This document shows, one piece after another, positions 35,261 to 44,836 of a stretch of DNA of 64,000 nucleotides. The notes below the pieces were generated by a model. That model saw only the letters and a list, made by a program, of their open reading frames with translations. It was not told the DNA's origin and did not search any database. This DNA comes from an uncultured Methanosarcinales archaeon (GTDB lineage: Archaea; Nanobdellota; Nanobdellia; Woesearchaeales; GW2011-AR9). How positions within the stretch are numbered: the first letter of the stretch is position 1; every line of letters starts with the position of its first letter. Made by a program: the position numbers and the translations under genes. The stretch is taken from NCBI GenBank assembly GCA_964344235.1, contig CAYFMJ010000001.1:283020-347019 (forward strand), given 5' to 3'.

Positions 35261-36367
35261 ATGAATATACTTGTTACTGGAACGCACAGAGAAGCGACAA
35301 ACACCCTCACTCCTGTTGTAAAAGAATTGGTGCGAAGGGGTCATGATGTGACGGTTTATGCAACAGGGAATGAGCGGGAAGCGGCAGGATTTAATGGACT
35401 TGAATATGAACAGCAGATCCCTACTTCTGATCAATACATAGTGTTAGTTCAAGGTTATGATCTTGTTGTCGCAGGCGTGTCAGGGCCACAAACTCCAGAT
35501 GGATATGTCATTCGCGCCGCAAGGGATAGAGGAATACCTGTTGTTGGTGTTGTTGGGCAGAATCGAGTGTTTAATGTTCGTTTTGGTACTGTTGATGATT
35601 TACCTGATCATATTACTGTTCCAGGGGAAGATTCATACGATTTAGTGAGGGAAGCTGTCGGTGAATGTCTGGCAACGGAAATAATCCGAAGAGCGGTTCC
35701 GGTTGGCTTTCCAGCGTTTGATCATTACGCAGCAACGCGTGAGCGTTTTACTTCTAAACGGCGAGAAGCATTTGTTGCTGAACTTGAATTGGAAGGGCCG
35801 TTTGTTTTTTACCCCTCTGCAAATTTAGACCCAAACACCGACTACATGCGGAGATCGACACGAGATCCTGTTGACAAACGGCAACGGTTTGAGTATGCTC
35901 TACGGCTTACTGAAGAAACATTTAGAGTGGCGTCAGACTTAGGTTTGCATATGGTTGTAAAGCCTCATCCTGGTGAGCAGACAAGACCCAGACACACTTT
36001 AGGGCTTGCGGAACGATTTGGCGTTACATATTTGAGCTACGATCGGTGTGGGACCCAGGATTTACTCCTTGCATCTGCTGTAGTAGTTGCAGGAGAGAGC
36101 GGCTGTTTAAATGAAGGGTGCCTCTTTGATAGAAATACAGGGGCGTTGTTTCCTGGATTGGATGAGGATGTTGTACCCCAATTCTCTGCGACGAAAACGG
36201 GAGCGATTCCTTACACTTTCGAATGGGAGGGTATTGGAAGGATCCTTACTGAGCTTACTTCCTCAGATGAAGATGTACAACGGAGACTTGCTGATCAAAG
36301 AAAAAGGTTTTCTGTTGATGGAAAAGGCGCACAGCGTGTTGCAGATTTAGTTGAGAGAGTGCTCTGA
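35261..36367 (+). CDS. GT-B-fold protein with HP motif (PseG/TagF/KpsS-like glycosyl- or glycerophospho-transferase/UDP-sugar hydrolase candidate)
   Basis: 368 aa. The N-terminal Rossmann-like block is MNILVTGTHREA...GHDVTVYATG. The C-terminal half carries VVKPHPGE. It looks GC-richer than the flanks by eye. Confidence 0.4.
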   Translation: MNILVTGTHREATNTLTPVVKELVRRGHDVTVYATGNEREAAGFNGLEYEQQIPTSDQYIVLVQGYDLVVAGVSGPQTPDGYVIRAARDRGIPVVGVVGQNRVFNVRFGTVDDLPDHITVPGEDSYDLVREAVGECLATEIIRRAVPVGFPAFDHYAATRERFTSKRREAFVAELELEGPFVFYPSANLDPNTDYMRRSTRDPVDKRQRFEYALRLTEETFRVASDLGLHMVVKPHPGEQTRPRHTLGLAERFGVTYLSYDRCGTQDLLLASAVVVAGESGCLNEGCLFDRNTGALFPGLDEDVVPQFSATKTGAIPYTFEWEGIGRILTELTSSDEDVQRRLADQRKRFSVDGKGAQRVADLVERVL

Positions 36368-36395
36368 GCAAGTTGAGTATTCCTTGGGGTGTTCT

Positions 36396-37469
36396 TTAGG
36401 GGCGAGTTGGTATTACTGGTTGCCCTGTTTTTGATCTGAAAATATCTGTATGCCCAACATAGTCTATCTTTCCTGTCTTTATCATTTGGAAAGCAAGATC
36501 TTTGAATCTAGCACTCCACTCTCTACGAAATCCTTCTGCTCCATAGTAGTTCGCAGCAGAGCCTACGGTGTGAGCTACACGTAAAAGAAGTTCTAATTGC
36601 TGTGTTAGCGGACCTTCATGGTTGTACGTTCCTCCCTCACTTTGATGGCCCCTTCGTAACGCTTCTTGTCCAGCAATCAATGTTTCATTGTCAAAATAGC
36701 TAGTGAACAGTGAATGGACGAGGTACATTTCTTGTTCCACCGGTCCTGCTTGACTCCATTCAACATCGGGAAAACTGGGATTACCTGCACTGTCAACGAG
36801 AATATTTCTTGGATGTAAATCAGCTATTGTGAACACGGGGGTGATATGGCTTTCAACTTCTACTATACTCGCAAGGCTTCTCTCGAGAAAACGATTTACT
36901 TCTTCTACTTCCCTTTCAGTGTATGCTGGGGATTGTGTCAATCTGGCTAATCGATAAACAATAAATTGTTTTGCTCTTGCTGTGAACTGTGGGGGGCCTT
37001 GCACACCTTCGGGATTGATGTCACCAAATTTTTCGTATGTTTTGCGGTGGGCTTTTGCTAATTCCATCCCTAGTCTTTCTAAAGAGGCAAGAAAAACGCC
37101 TAATGAATAATCGTGTTCTCTCAAATATTGATCCCATGTCTTTCCAGTGAGTTTTTCTGCAACAAGGAATCGTTCATCGTCAACTTTGAAAGGACCTCTC
37201 ATTTTTGGAGTACGAATCCCTAATTCATTCCTGAGAAAGTTACACAGATAGCCTTCTCTCTCTAGGGAAATTACTCCCCCGTAATGTGAATCTCTTTTCA
37301 CCCTGTGCTTGTCTAATTTTGTAGCTCTTTCAAATCGTACGACAACTTCTTCACCGGAATCTAACGTTACCTCAAAGTTATCATGAGATCGACCTTCAGA
37401 AATTGCGGTAATGGTGTCAACAGAATGTCCTGCTTGTTCAAGTAGTCTCTGAGCACGTTGTTGGTCCAT
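36396..37469 (-). CDS. APH-fold kinase (phosphotransferase enzyme family)
   Basis: 357 aa. IADLHPRNILVDSAGNPSFPDVEWS is the HxxxxN catalytic loop followed by a DVE(W) metal-binding block. The gene is translationally coupled to the upstream cytidylyltransferase gene. Confidence 0.6.
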   Translation of the reverse strand: MDQQRAQRLLEQAGHSVDTITAISEGRSHDNFEVTLDSGEEVVVRFERATKLDKHRVKRDSHYGGVISLEREGYLCNFLRNELGIRTPKMRGPFKVDDERFLVAEKLTGKTWDQYLREHDYSLGVFLASLERLGMELAKAHRKTYEKFGDINPEGVQGPPQFTARAKQFIVYRLARLTQSPAYTEREVEEVNRFLERSLASIVEVESHITPVFTIADLHPRNILVDSAGNPSFPDVEWSQAGPVEQEMYLVHSLFTSYFDNETLIAGQEALRRGHQSEGGTYNHEGPLTQQLELLLRVAHTVGSAANYYGAEGFRREWSARFKDLAFQMIKTGKIDYVGHTDIFRSKTGQPVIPTRP

Positions 37470-38161
37470 TATCCTCTTTTCCGCATTAAGAATTCTGTTA
37501 TGTCAAAGTCGTGTTGTGTATCAATGTCGGTTGAATGCTCAACCGGCATAATATAAGGGTACGTTTTATCCGGGTACTCTCCACTTTCATCAAAAAGAAC
37601 AGATGGTTTGAACACAAACATATTCCCATTGTGAAGGTACACTTTGTCGTTGTCTTGTCGGTTCCCGAAGACTCCCTTTCTGTTGCTCCTAGGTCTTATA
37701 GTTCCATCGTCTTGAATTATCTTAATTCTGTTAGGGTGGACATCAGTTTCACACACTCCTATGACAGCATTTGCATTGTTTTTGAGAAAAATCTCAATGG
37801 CATTGTCAATATCCTGGGCTGTCCGCAAGGGTGAAGTTGGCTGTAAAATAACAACAATGTCTGGGTTGTACCCTGTCTCTTTCTGTAATCGGTCAATTGT
37901 GTAACGGTAGGCATCTGTTGCATCTGCATCATCTGTTGCTAATTCAGCTGGCCGCATAAATGGAATTTCGATGTCATAATGAGAACAAACTTGAGAGATC
38001 TCATTACTGTCAGTTGATAAAACCAGTTTGTTGATAAACTTTGATTTATTCGCTGCTTCAATAGAATAGGCAACCAGCGGTTTGCCATTTAGGGGCTTAA
38101 TGTTCTTTCCAGGAAGGCCTTTTGATCCTCCGCGAGCTGGAATAATTGCTAAAATATTCAT
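37469..38161 (-). CDS. neuA: N-acylneuraminate (CMP-nonulosonate) cytidylyltransferase, NeuA/KdsB family
   Basis: 230 aa. NILAIIPARGGSKGLPGKNIKPLNGKPL is the NeuA-type N-terminal signature. Confidence 0.85.
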   Translation of the reverse strand: MNILAIIPARGGSKGLPGKNIKPLNGKPLVAYSIEAANKSKFINKLVLSTDSNEISQVCSHYDIEIPFMRPAELATDDADATDAYRYTIDRLQKETGYNPDIVVILQPTSPLRTAQDIDNAIEIFLKNNANAVIGVCETDVHPNRIKIIQDDGTIRPRSNRKGVFGNRQDNDKVYLHNGNMFVFKPSVLFDESGEYPDKTYPYIMPVEHSTDIDTQHDFDITEFLMRKRG

Positions 38162-38258
38162 TCTGTTATCACTATTTATGTTTATTATAAAGCTTTTGGA
38201 AGATTAATTCTTTCTATATTACAACTCCATAATTCTTATAAATTAATCCTTAACCACA

Positions 38259-40439
38259 ATGATTAAAAAGATGGATAAACCAGCAATCATAGGTGGAAGA
38301 AAAGAGTTTGAAGAGTTTTTACCGATAGTAAGACCTTCTTTACCAACACTCTCTCAGATAAGCGTTCAAGTAGAAGAAGTTCTGGCGAGCGGCATGGTGA
38401 CGAATTTTTCGAAGTATACTCAACAGCTGGAACGTGAGTGTGGAAATTATCTAAACGTTAATTTTAGTCTTTCTCAACCAAACGCCACCACTGGATTACT
38501 GTTACTCTGTAAAGTGTTAGGTCTTACGGGAGAAGTTATTGTACCAAGTTTTACTTTCTCAGCGACTGTTCATGCACTGATTTGGAATGGCCTTACACCA
38601 GTTTTTGTTGATATTGACCCTGAAACGTTTAACATTGATCCAAAACTCGTGGAAGAAAAGATAACAGACAAGACCTCTGCCATTTTAGGAGTACACATTT
38701 TTGGTAATCCCTGTGACGTTAAGGAATTAGAAGAAATAGCGAGGAAACATGATTTAAAATTACTCTTCGATGCTGCTCATGCCTTTGGTTCGGAGTATCA
38801 AGGAAAGAAAATCGGAGGCTGTGGTGATGCAGAAGTTTTTAGTATGAGCGGAACTAAATTATTAGTGACTGGAGAGGGAGGTTTAATTACCACTACAGAT
38901 AAAGATTTGTCTGACAAGCTTAGGTTAGCAAGGAACTATGGGGATCCGGGAAATTATAATTGTGTTTTTGTTGGTTTTAATGGAAAAATGTCTGAGTTTT
39001 CAGCGATTATTGGCTTGCAGTCTCTGAAAGATATTTCTGGTCAAGTTAGGAATAGAAATATTATTAGAAATATTTTCGAACAAGAGTTACGAAGTGTTCC
39101 GGGAATTAGTTTTCAGAAGATAAGAGAAGGAAATATCACATCAGTGAAAGACTTTTCAATTATAGTTGATAAGAATGAATTTGGCATCAGTAGAGATCAA
39201 TTGGCTAAGTGTTTAGCAGCGGAGAACATTCATTCCAAAAAATATTTTTATCCTCCAATTCATTTTATGGATGCTTATAGAGAGTTTCATGAACAGTATT
39301 ATGGGAAACTACCACACACGGAAAAAGTCTCCTGGAACATTCTTTGTTTGCCGATCCATAGTACTATGTCGGAAGAGCAGGTAAAGAAGATATGCAATGC
39401 AATTAGGAGAATTCAGCATTTTCATCAAGAAATTGTTCAGGAAGCGGAAGATATTAGTTCAGTGTTGATAACAGGGGGCGCAGGGTATGTGGGAGTTGTC
39501 TTAGCAAGGCAGTTGTTAGAGCAAGGGTATAAAGTTAAAATTCTGGACCAGCTTATTTTTGGTAAAGAGCCTTTACAAGAGATTGAAGGACATCCAAACT
39601 TTAGCTTGGAAGTTGGTGTGGTTGAGGATAAATATGTGGTAGAAAAGAGTTTAGAGGGGATTGATGCAGTTATTCATTTGTCTGGTTTATCCAATGATCC
39701 TTCTTGTGAGTTAAACTCTGATTTGACGAAGAAATCAAATATAGATGCAACGAAAGTTCTTTTACAGTTTGCAAAAGCAAAAGGCGTAAAGAGATTTATC
39801 AATGCTTCTTCATGTAGTGTGTATGGTTTTACAAATGGTGTTTTGGTGGATGAACAAAGTCCGCCAAACCCTCTGACTGCTTATGCAAAATCGAAAGTAA
39901 AAAGTGAGGAGTTAGTTCTCGCTGAGTCAGAGGAAGATTTTGTGACAGTTTGTTTACGAAAATCAACGATTTATGGCCCTTCACCAAGAATGAGGTTTGA
40001 TCTTGTTATTAACACAATGACGGGAATGGGAATGAGTGAGGGCAAGATTGTTATCAATGGTGGTGAACAATGGCGCCCTTTCTTGCATGTTGAAGATGCA
40101 GCGAGTGCGTATCTGTTTATGTTACAAGCACCTAAAGAACAAATCAATGGGCAAGTGTTCAACGTAGGGAGTAACTACCAAAACATTAAAATTATAGATT
40201 TGGCGCATAGAATTGCTGCTGTTCTTCCTGGCGTAAAGGTTGAGCAGAGTCACTCTCCCGATAAAAGGAGTTATTTAGTTAGTTTTGATAAAATCAGTGC
40301 ACTTGGCTGGAAAGCTACATTTGATATCGAAGATGGAGTTCATGGTGTGAAAAAACTATTTGATGAAGGAAAAGTGAAGAATTTTCGCGATTTAAATTAT
40401 TTTAACATAAAGAGAATGATTTCCTATTTGAATGTTTAG
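38259..40439 (+). CDS. bifunctional fusion: N-terminal DegT-family aminotransferase + C-terminal NAD-dependent sugar-nucleotide dehydratase/epimerase (PseC/LegC-PseB/LegB-like)
   Basis: 726 aa. Residues ~1-380 carry the DegT blocks (VIVPSFTFSATVHAL, FSMSGTKLLVTGEGG). Residues ~395-726 carry VLITGGAGYVGVVLARQL (GxxGxxG) and YAKSKVKSE (YxxxK). Confidence 0.8.
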   Translation: MIKKMDKPAIIGGRKEFEEFLPIVRPSLPTLSQISVQVEEVLASGMVTNFSKYTQQLERECGNYLNVNFSLSQPNATTGLLLLCKVLGLTGEVIVPSFTFSATVHALIWNGLTPVFVDIDPETFNIDPKLVEEKITDKTSAILGVHIFGNPCDVKELEEIARKHDLKLLFDAAHAFGSEYQGKKIGGCGDAEVFSMSGTKLLVTGEGGLITTTDKDLSDKLRLARNYGDPGNYNCVFVGFNGKMSEFSAIIGLQSLKDISGQVRNRNIIRNIFEQELRSVPGISFQKIREGNITSVKDFSIIVDKNEFGISRDQLAKCLAAENIHSKKYFYPPIHFMDAYREFHEQYYGKLPHTEKVSWNILCLPIHSTMSEEQVKKICNAIRRIQHFHQEIVQEAEDISSVLITGGAGYVGVVLARQLLEQGYKVKILDQLIFGKEPLQEIEGHPNFSLEVGVVEDKYVVEKSLEGIDAVIHLSGLSNDPSCELNSDLTKKSNIDATKVLLQFAKAKGVKRFINASSCSVYGFTNGVLVDEQSPPNPLTAYAKSKVKSEELVLAESEEDFVTVCLRKSTIYGPSPRMRFDLVINTMTGMGMSEGKIVINGGEQWRPFLHVEDAASAYLFMLQAPKEQINGQVFNVGSNYQNIKIIDLAHRIAAVLPGVKVEQSHSPDKRSYLVSFDKISALGWKATFDIEDGVHGVKKLFDEGKVKNFRDLNYFNIKRMISYLNV

Positions 40440-41071
40440 AATTTCTTTGCAACCACTAAGATGTCTGATGCTGCTAGTTTAAAAATGTTCCATTCAGGAA
40501 GTAATAGCCCTAATGAAACAATTTCAGGACTCCGTTTTTCAAAATGAGTAACATTGAATGAAGCTCTCTTCAGCAAATTGCAAATCTCTTGCGTACCAAA
40601 GCCAAGACAATGTTCTGGTCTTTCTGCTTTCACGTACTTCTTTTCATTAATAATCGAAGCAAAATTTTTGACAATATTTTCAGAATTGGGTACAATGATG
40701 ATTGCCCCTCCATCTTCTTTAAGCACTCGGCCTATCTCCTGCAAGGCTAGCATGGGGGTATCAAGGTGCTCTAAGACCATTGAAAAAATAACTTTGTTGA
40801 AAAAGCCGTCCGGGAATGGTAGCTTTTCTCTCGTAATATCAACAACAATGGTTTGTGGTGTAAATTTATTGATGTCAATTGGGTAGTACTGCTTAGGATC
40901 GTTTAGTGTAAGATATTGTAACTGTAGATTGGTGCAAGCACCGATATCAAGAACGTTGTCAGTTGGTTTAATAAAAGTAGCGATATATTGCCTTCTTCTC
41001 ACTGCCGATTTTCTTTGTTTTTTCTGTACATTAGCGTGTTGATATGAGTGAAACCTATTGTGTTTTTTCAT
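40436..41071 (-). CDS. class I SAM-dependent methyltransferase
   Basis: 211 aa. Motif I variant VLDIGACTN. The fold-typical acidic residue is at YYPIDIN. Confidence 0.55.
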   Translation of the reverse strand: MKKHNRFHSYQHANVQKKQRKSAVRRRQYIATFIKPTDNVLDIGACTNLQLQYLTLNDPKQYYPIDINKFTPQTIVVDITREKLPFPDGFFNKVIFSMVLEHLDTPMLALQEIGRVLKEDGGAIIIVPNSENIVKNFASIINEKKYVKAERPEHCLGFGTQEICNLLKRASFNVTHFEKRSPEIVSLGLLLPEWNIFKLAASDILVVAKKF

Positions 41072-41204
41072 TTATTCTTGTGTAAGCTCGTCCTTTTTTT
41101 AAGTTTGTGGAAGTTAGCTGGAAAGAATAGAATCTTTAATTAAATGAAAAGTTACACATAAACTTAATATAGTGGGCGTAACTACAGAGAAAGAGTAAAA
41201 GGAA

Positions 41205-42131
41205 ATGACAAAAACAATGAGAGACCAACTTCGTGCTGATGGTGAATTGGCGTTGGCAGGCCTTGTTCATCCAGAGATTATTCGTGGTGACCCTGCGTCT
41301 TGTACAGCAGAATTTAGCAAATTAATTGTTAATCTTTGCCTCCGTGTGGAAGATGATGATTATGTACGACGTATTACAGAAGACGATGTTGATCGAGTGA
41401 TGCTTCATGCAGATTCCCAGATTGGAAGACCAGAAGCCCACCGTTCTCACATTATCACAACAGGGTATTTGTTCCAAAGTCTCACAGCAGCTCTTCTTGA
41501 TACACATCCAGACTTAGATTTACCCCATCCGGATATTGCGCGTGCTATGGGTTGGCTACACGATCTTAATATGATGTTTAGTAGTTATCAACGAGGAGGT
41601 CAATTGTCGAAGGAATTAGATTTGTTTTTCTTAGGTGCTATGAATGGCTGGACACGGATAGCAGATCATATGGCGATGCATAGTGCTTATTTTGAGATTG
41701 GACAGCTTCTTACTGGGGAGTATCAATTTCCAGAAAAAAATGAAGCGTATGAAGGTATGCGGGAAGTTCTAAGGGGAGGGGGCCCATTATCACTTACTGC
41801 TATCACAGAGCGGTTTAGAGGATATCATCGAGGTACTGATAACATGCCGCTACTCGCCTTAACAGTGGTTGATTATATGGAACGTGGTTTAAGAACCTTT
41901 GATCCTACGAAGATAGAAGCGGACTTTGCTGCACGATCGGAGGATGTTCTTTGGCGCTACCATGGGAAACATGTAGAAGCAGAAATGGCGCCACCGCCTC
42001 TTGGCGTTGCGTTAATGTCGGGGGGATTAACGAGAATAAAAGGGTACAAAGACATAGTTAGAAAACTTCTTTCTGATGATATTGAAGCAATTGATAGGTT
42101 ACGAGAAACAACTCATCTGTTTAAGAAATGA
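41205..42131 (+). CDS. hypothetical protein, possibly HD-domain-like
   Basis: 308 aa. His/Asp residues (HRSH, WLHDL, DHMAMH) are spaced roughly like an HD metal-binding scaffold. It is the first gene of the phosphonate-like operon. Low certainty. Confidence 0.35.
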   Translation: MTKTMRDQLRADGELALAGLVHPEIIRGDPASCTAEFSKLIVNLCLRVEDDDYVRRITEDDVDRVMLHADSQIGRPEAHRSHIITTGYLFQSLTAALLDTHPDLDLPHPDIARAMGWLHDLNMMFSSYQRGGQLSKELDLFFLGAMNGWTRIADHMAMHSAYFEIGQLLTGEYQFPEKNEAYEGMREVLRGGGPLSLTAITERFRGYHRGTDNMPLLALTVVDYMERGLRTFDPTKIEADFAARSEDVLWRYHGKHVEAEMAPPPLGVALMSGGLTRIKGYKDIVRKLLSDDIEAIDRLRETTHLFKK

Positions 42132-42236
42132 TCTTCTGTTCAATAGAATTCCTGAATTTTTGTTACTTTTAAACAATAATCCATAAACTTAATAAAGAAA
42201 TTTGGTGCTTTTGATTGAGTCAAGGTGGAATGATAT

Positions 42237-43538
42237 ATGAAAAAAGTATATGTCGCAATGAGTGCAGACTTCTTACACGAAGGTCATATGAACATCCTAG
42301 ACGAAGCTCGGAAATTAGGAGAAGTAACAATAGGATTATTGACAGATGAGGCTGTAGCTACATATAAAAGAATGCCCCTTTTGAGTTATGAACAACGGAA
42401 GAGAATTTTTCGAAATATTGTTGGCGTTTGTGATGTTATACCACAGCATACTTTAGATTATGAAGAAAATATTCGTCAGTTGAAGCCAGACTTTGTTGTT
42501 CATAGTGATGATTGGAAAACGGGAATACAGAAGCCGATCCGGGAAAAGGTAGTTGCCACTTTACAAGAATGGGGAGGAATACTGATTGAACCAAGATATA
42601 CTGAAGGGATTTCCTCTTCGAAAATGGTTGGTCAAATTCGGGAGAGGGGCACTACTCCTGATGTACGAAGAAATATGCTGCGTCGATTGTTAGCAGCAAA
42701 ACCATTAGTAAGAGTTCTAGAAGCTCATAATGGTCTCACTGGGTTGATTGTTGAAAAAACAAAAATACAGAATCACTTAGGACATATTAAAGATTTTGAC
42801 GGAATGTGGTTAAGCAGTTTGACGCATTCTACCTCTAAGGGAAAACCAGATATTCAATACGTTGATATTACATCCACTGGTCAGACCATTAGTGAAATTT
42901 TTGAAGTTTCTACCAAACCACTAATTGTTGATGCGGATAATGGTGGGCTTATCGAACATTTTCGTTTTACTGTGAGAACGCTGGAAAGGCTTGGTGTATC
43001 TGCAGTTATTATTGAAGATAAAGTGGGAGCAAAACGGAACTCGTTATTTGGAACTGATGTTAAGCAGACACAAGATAGTATTAAAGGCTTTTCAGAAAAG
43101 ATTTCGGAGGGTAAGAAATCTCTAGTTTCTGATGATTTTATGATTATTGCTAGGATTGAAAGTTTCATTTTGAAGAAGGGTCTGGAGGACGCTCTAACCC
43201 GGGCAAGAGCGTACATAGAAGCAGGAGCAGATGCTATTATGATTCATAGTAAAGAGAATTCACCGTCGGAGATTCTTTCTTTCTGTGAAGAGTATAAAAG
43301 GTTTAGCACGAGAGTTCCATTGGTTGCTGTCCCATCTTCGTATAGTGAGATTACTGAGGAGCAATTAATAGAAGCAGGGGTGAATGTTGTGATCTATGCA
43401 AATCACTTACTAAGAAGTGCGTATCCAGCAATGGTTAGGGCGGCGGAGTCTATATTACAACATGGGCGCTGTCATGAAGCGAGCAAGAACTGTATGGAAA
43501 TTAAAGAAATTCTCAAATTGATACCTAATGGAGAGTAG
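42237..43538 (+). CDS. ppm: bifunctional cytidylyltransferase / phosphoenolpyruvate phosphomutase (Fom1-like CyTase-PEPM fusion)
   Basis: 433 aa. The N-terminal ~130 aa are a cytidylyltransferase-like HxGH domain (YVAMSADFLHEGHMNIL). The C-terminal ICL/PEPM domain has EAHNGLTG and the PEP-mutase-specific signature EDKVGAKRNS (EDKX5NS), plus a VDADNGG metal site. Confidence 0.85.
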   Translation: MKKVYVAMSADFLHEGHMNILDEARKLGEVTIGLLTDEAVATYKRMPLLSYEQRKRIFRNIVGVCDVIPQHTLDYEENIRQLKPDFVVHSDDWKTGIQKPIREKVVATLQEWGGILIEPRYTEGISSSKMVGQIRERGTTPDVRRNMLRRLLAAKPLVRVLEAHNGLTGLIVEKTKIQNHLGHIKDFDGMWLSSLTHSTSKGKPDIQYVDITSTGQTISEIFEVSTKPLIVDADNGGLIEHFRFTVRTLERLGVSAVIIEDKVGAKRNSLFGTDVKQTQDSIKGFSEKISEGKKSLVSDDFMIIARIESFILKKGLEDALTRARAYIEAGADAIMIHSKENSPSEILSFCEEYKRFSTRVPLVAVPSSYSEITEEQLIEAGVNVVIYANHLLRSAYPAMVRAAESILQHGRCHEASKNCMEIKEILKLIPNGE

Positions 43539-43635
43539 AGTACCAATATAGTGGACTAATTTAGAGTTCAAAGGTGGCCTTTGAAACAATCACTTTTACA
43601 TATGATTTATAAAGAGGAATACGTGTCGAACCATT

Positions 43636-44775
43636 ATGCAACAAGAATATTTTGGTATGGGAAGTATTACGTTTTTGAAGGAAATATTAGAGCGAGAAAA
43701 CCCGAGTAAAATATTTTTAGTGCGGGGGAAACAGGCGTATGTTTCTTCAGGTGTGCAAAAAAAATTGGAACCCTTTCTTTTTGATTATGAGGTGGTTCAC
43801 TTCTCAGATTTCTCTGTGAACCCAAGAATTGAAGATGTGGAGAAAGGAATAGAACTTTATAAAAAAGAAAAGTGCGATTTTGTCATTGCTGTTGGCGGAG
43901 GAAGTGTTATTGATATGGCGAAGTCAATAAACGTACTTTCTGTGCAACCAGAGGAACCTCCAAAATATATCCTTAAGGAGTTGCCAATAGAGATGAAAGG
44001 AAACCCATTAATTGCTATTCCTACAACATCAGGGACTGGAACTGAAGCAACTCAGTTTGCTGTTGTATATATTGGCAAAAAGAAATATTCACTCGCCCAT
44101 AAAGAAATCCTTCTACCAAGTTATGTGATTCTGGATCCATCATTAACCTCTTCTCTGCCGGCTAAGGTGACAGCTTCAACAGCCATGGATGCATTGGCTC
44201 AAGCTATTGAAGCACACTGGTCAGTTCATTCTACCAGAGAATCAAAGATATTTTCGCGAGGCGCTATTTCACTTATTTTAGATAATGTTCACGCTGCTGT
44301 TAATAGTCCAACAGAAGAAGCGAGAATAGCGATGATGAAAGGTTCAAATTTAGCGGGAAAAGCCATAAATATCGCCAAAACAACAGCATGCCATGCTGTT
44401 TCTTACCCAATCACCTCTTACTTTAATATTCCACATGGCCATGCAGTTGCGTTGACTTTGGGCGAGATGTTTGTATTCAATGCACAAATAGTAGAAGACC
44501 AATGCTCTGACAAAAGGGGAGTGGGTTATGTTAAAGATACAATGTATGAACTGATTCAACTTTTCAAAGTGGAAACTGCTCAAGAAGTTCGTATTAGAAT
44601 AGAACAATTAATGGATTCTATACAACTGGAACGGAATTTGTCAAAGTTACATATTACAACAGAAGATCACTTTAATCTCATCATTCAAAATGGATTTAAT
44701 CCGGAAAGGGTTAAAAATAATCCTCGGCTCTTAACAGAACAGAATTTAAGAAGCATGTTAACACGCATAAAGTAA
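43636..44775 (+). CDS. group III iron-containing alcohol dehydrogenase (phosphonoacetaldehyde reductase candidate, FomC/PhpC/Pdh-like)
   Basis: 379 aa. AVGGGSVIDMAK is the NAD-binding GGGS motif. The His-rich metal site is HGHAVALT. Confidence 0.75.
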   Translation: MQQEYFGMGSITFLKEILERENPSKIFLVRGKQAYVSSGVQKKLEPFLFDYEVVHFSDFSVNPRIEDVEKGIELYKKEKCDFVIAVGGGSVIDMAKSINVLSVQPEEPPKYILKELPIEMKGNPLIAIPTTSGTGTEATQFAVVYIGKKKYSLAHKEILLPSYVILDPSLTSSLPAKVTASTAMDALAQAIEAHWSVHSTRESKIFSRGAISLILDNVHAAVNSPTEEARIAMMKGSNLAGKAINIAKTTACHAVSYPITSYFNIPHGHAVALTLGEMFVFNAQIVEDQCSDKRGVGYVKDTMYELIQLFKVETAQEVRIRIEQLMDSIQLERNLSKLHITTEDHFNLIIQNGFNPERVKNNPRLLTEQNLRSMLTRIK

Positions 44776-44836
44776 TATCGAGTTGTCCATAAGATTATTC
44801 CATAAGTCTTAAGAAGGAGATTTTGACCATGCGAGT

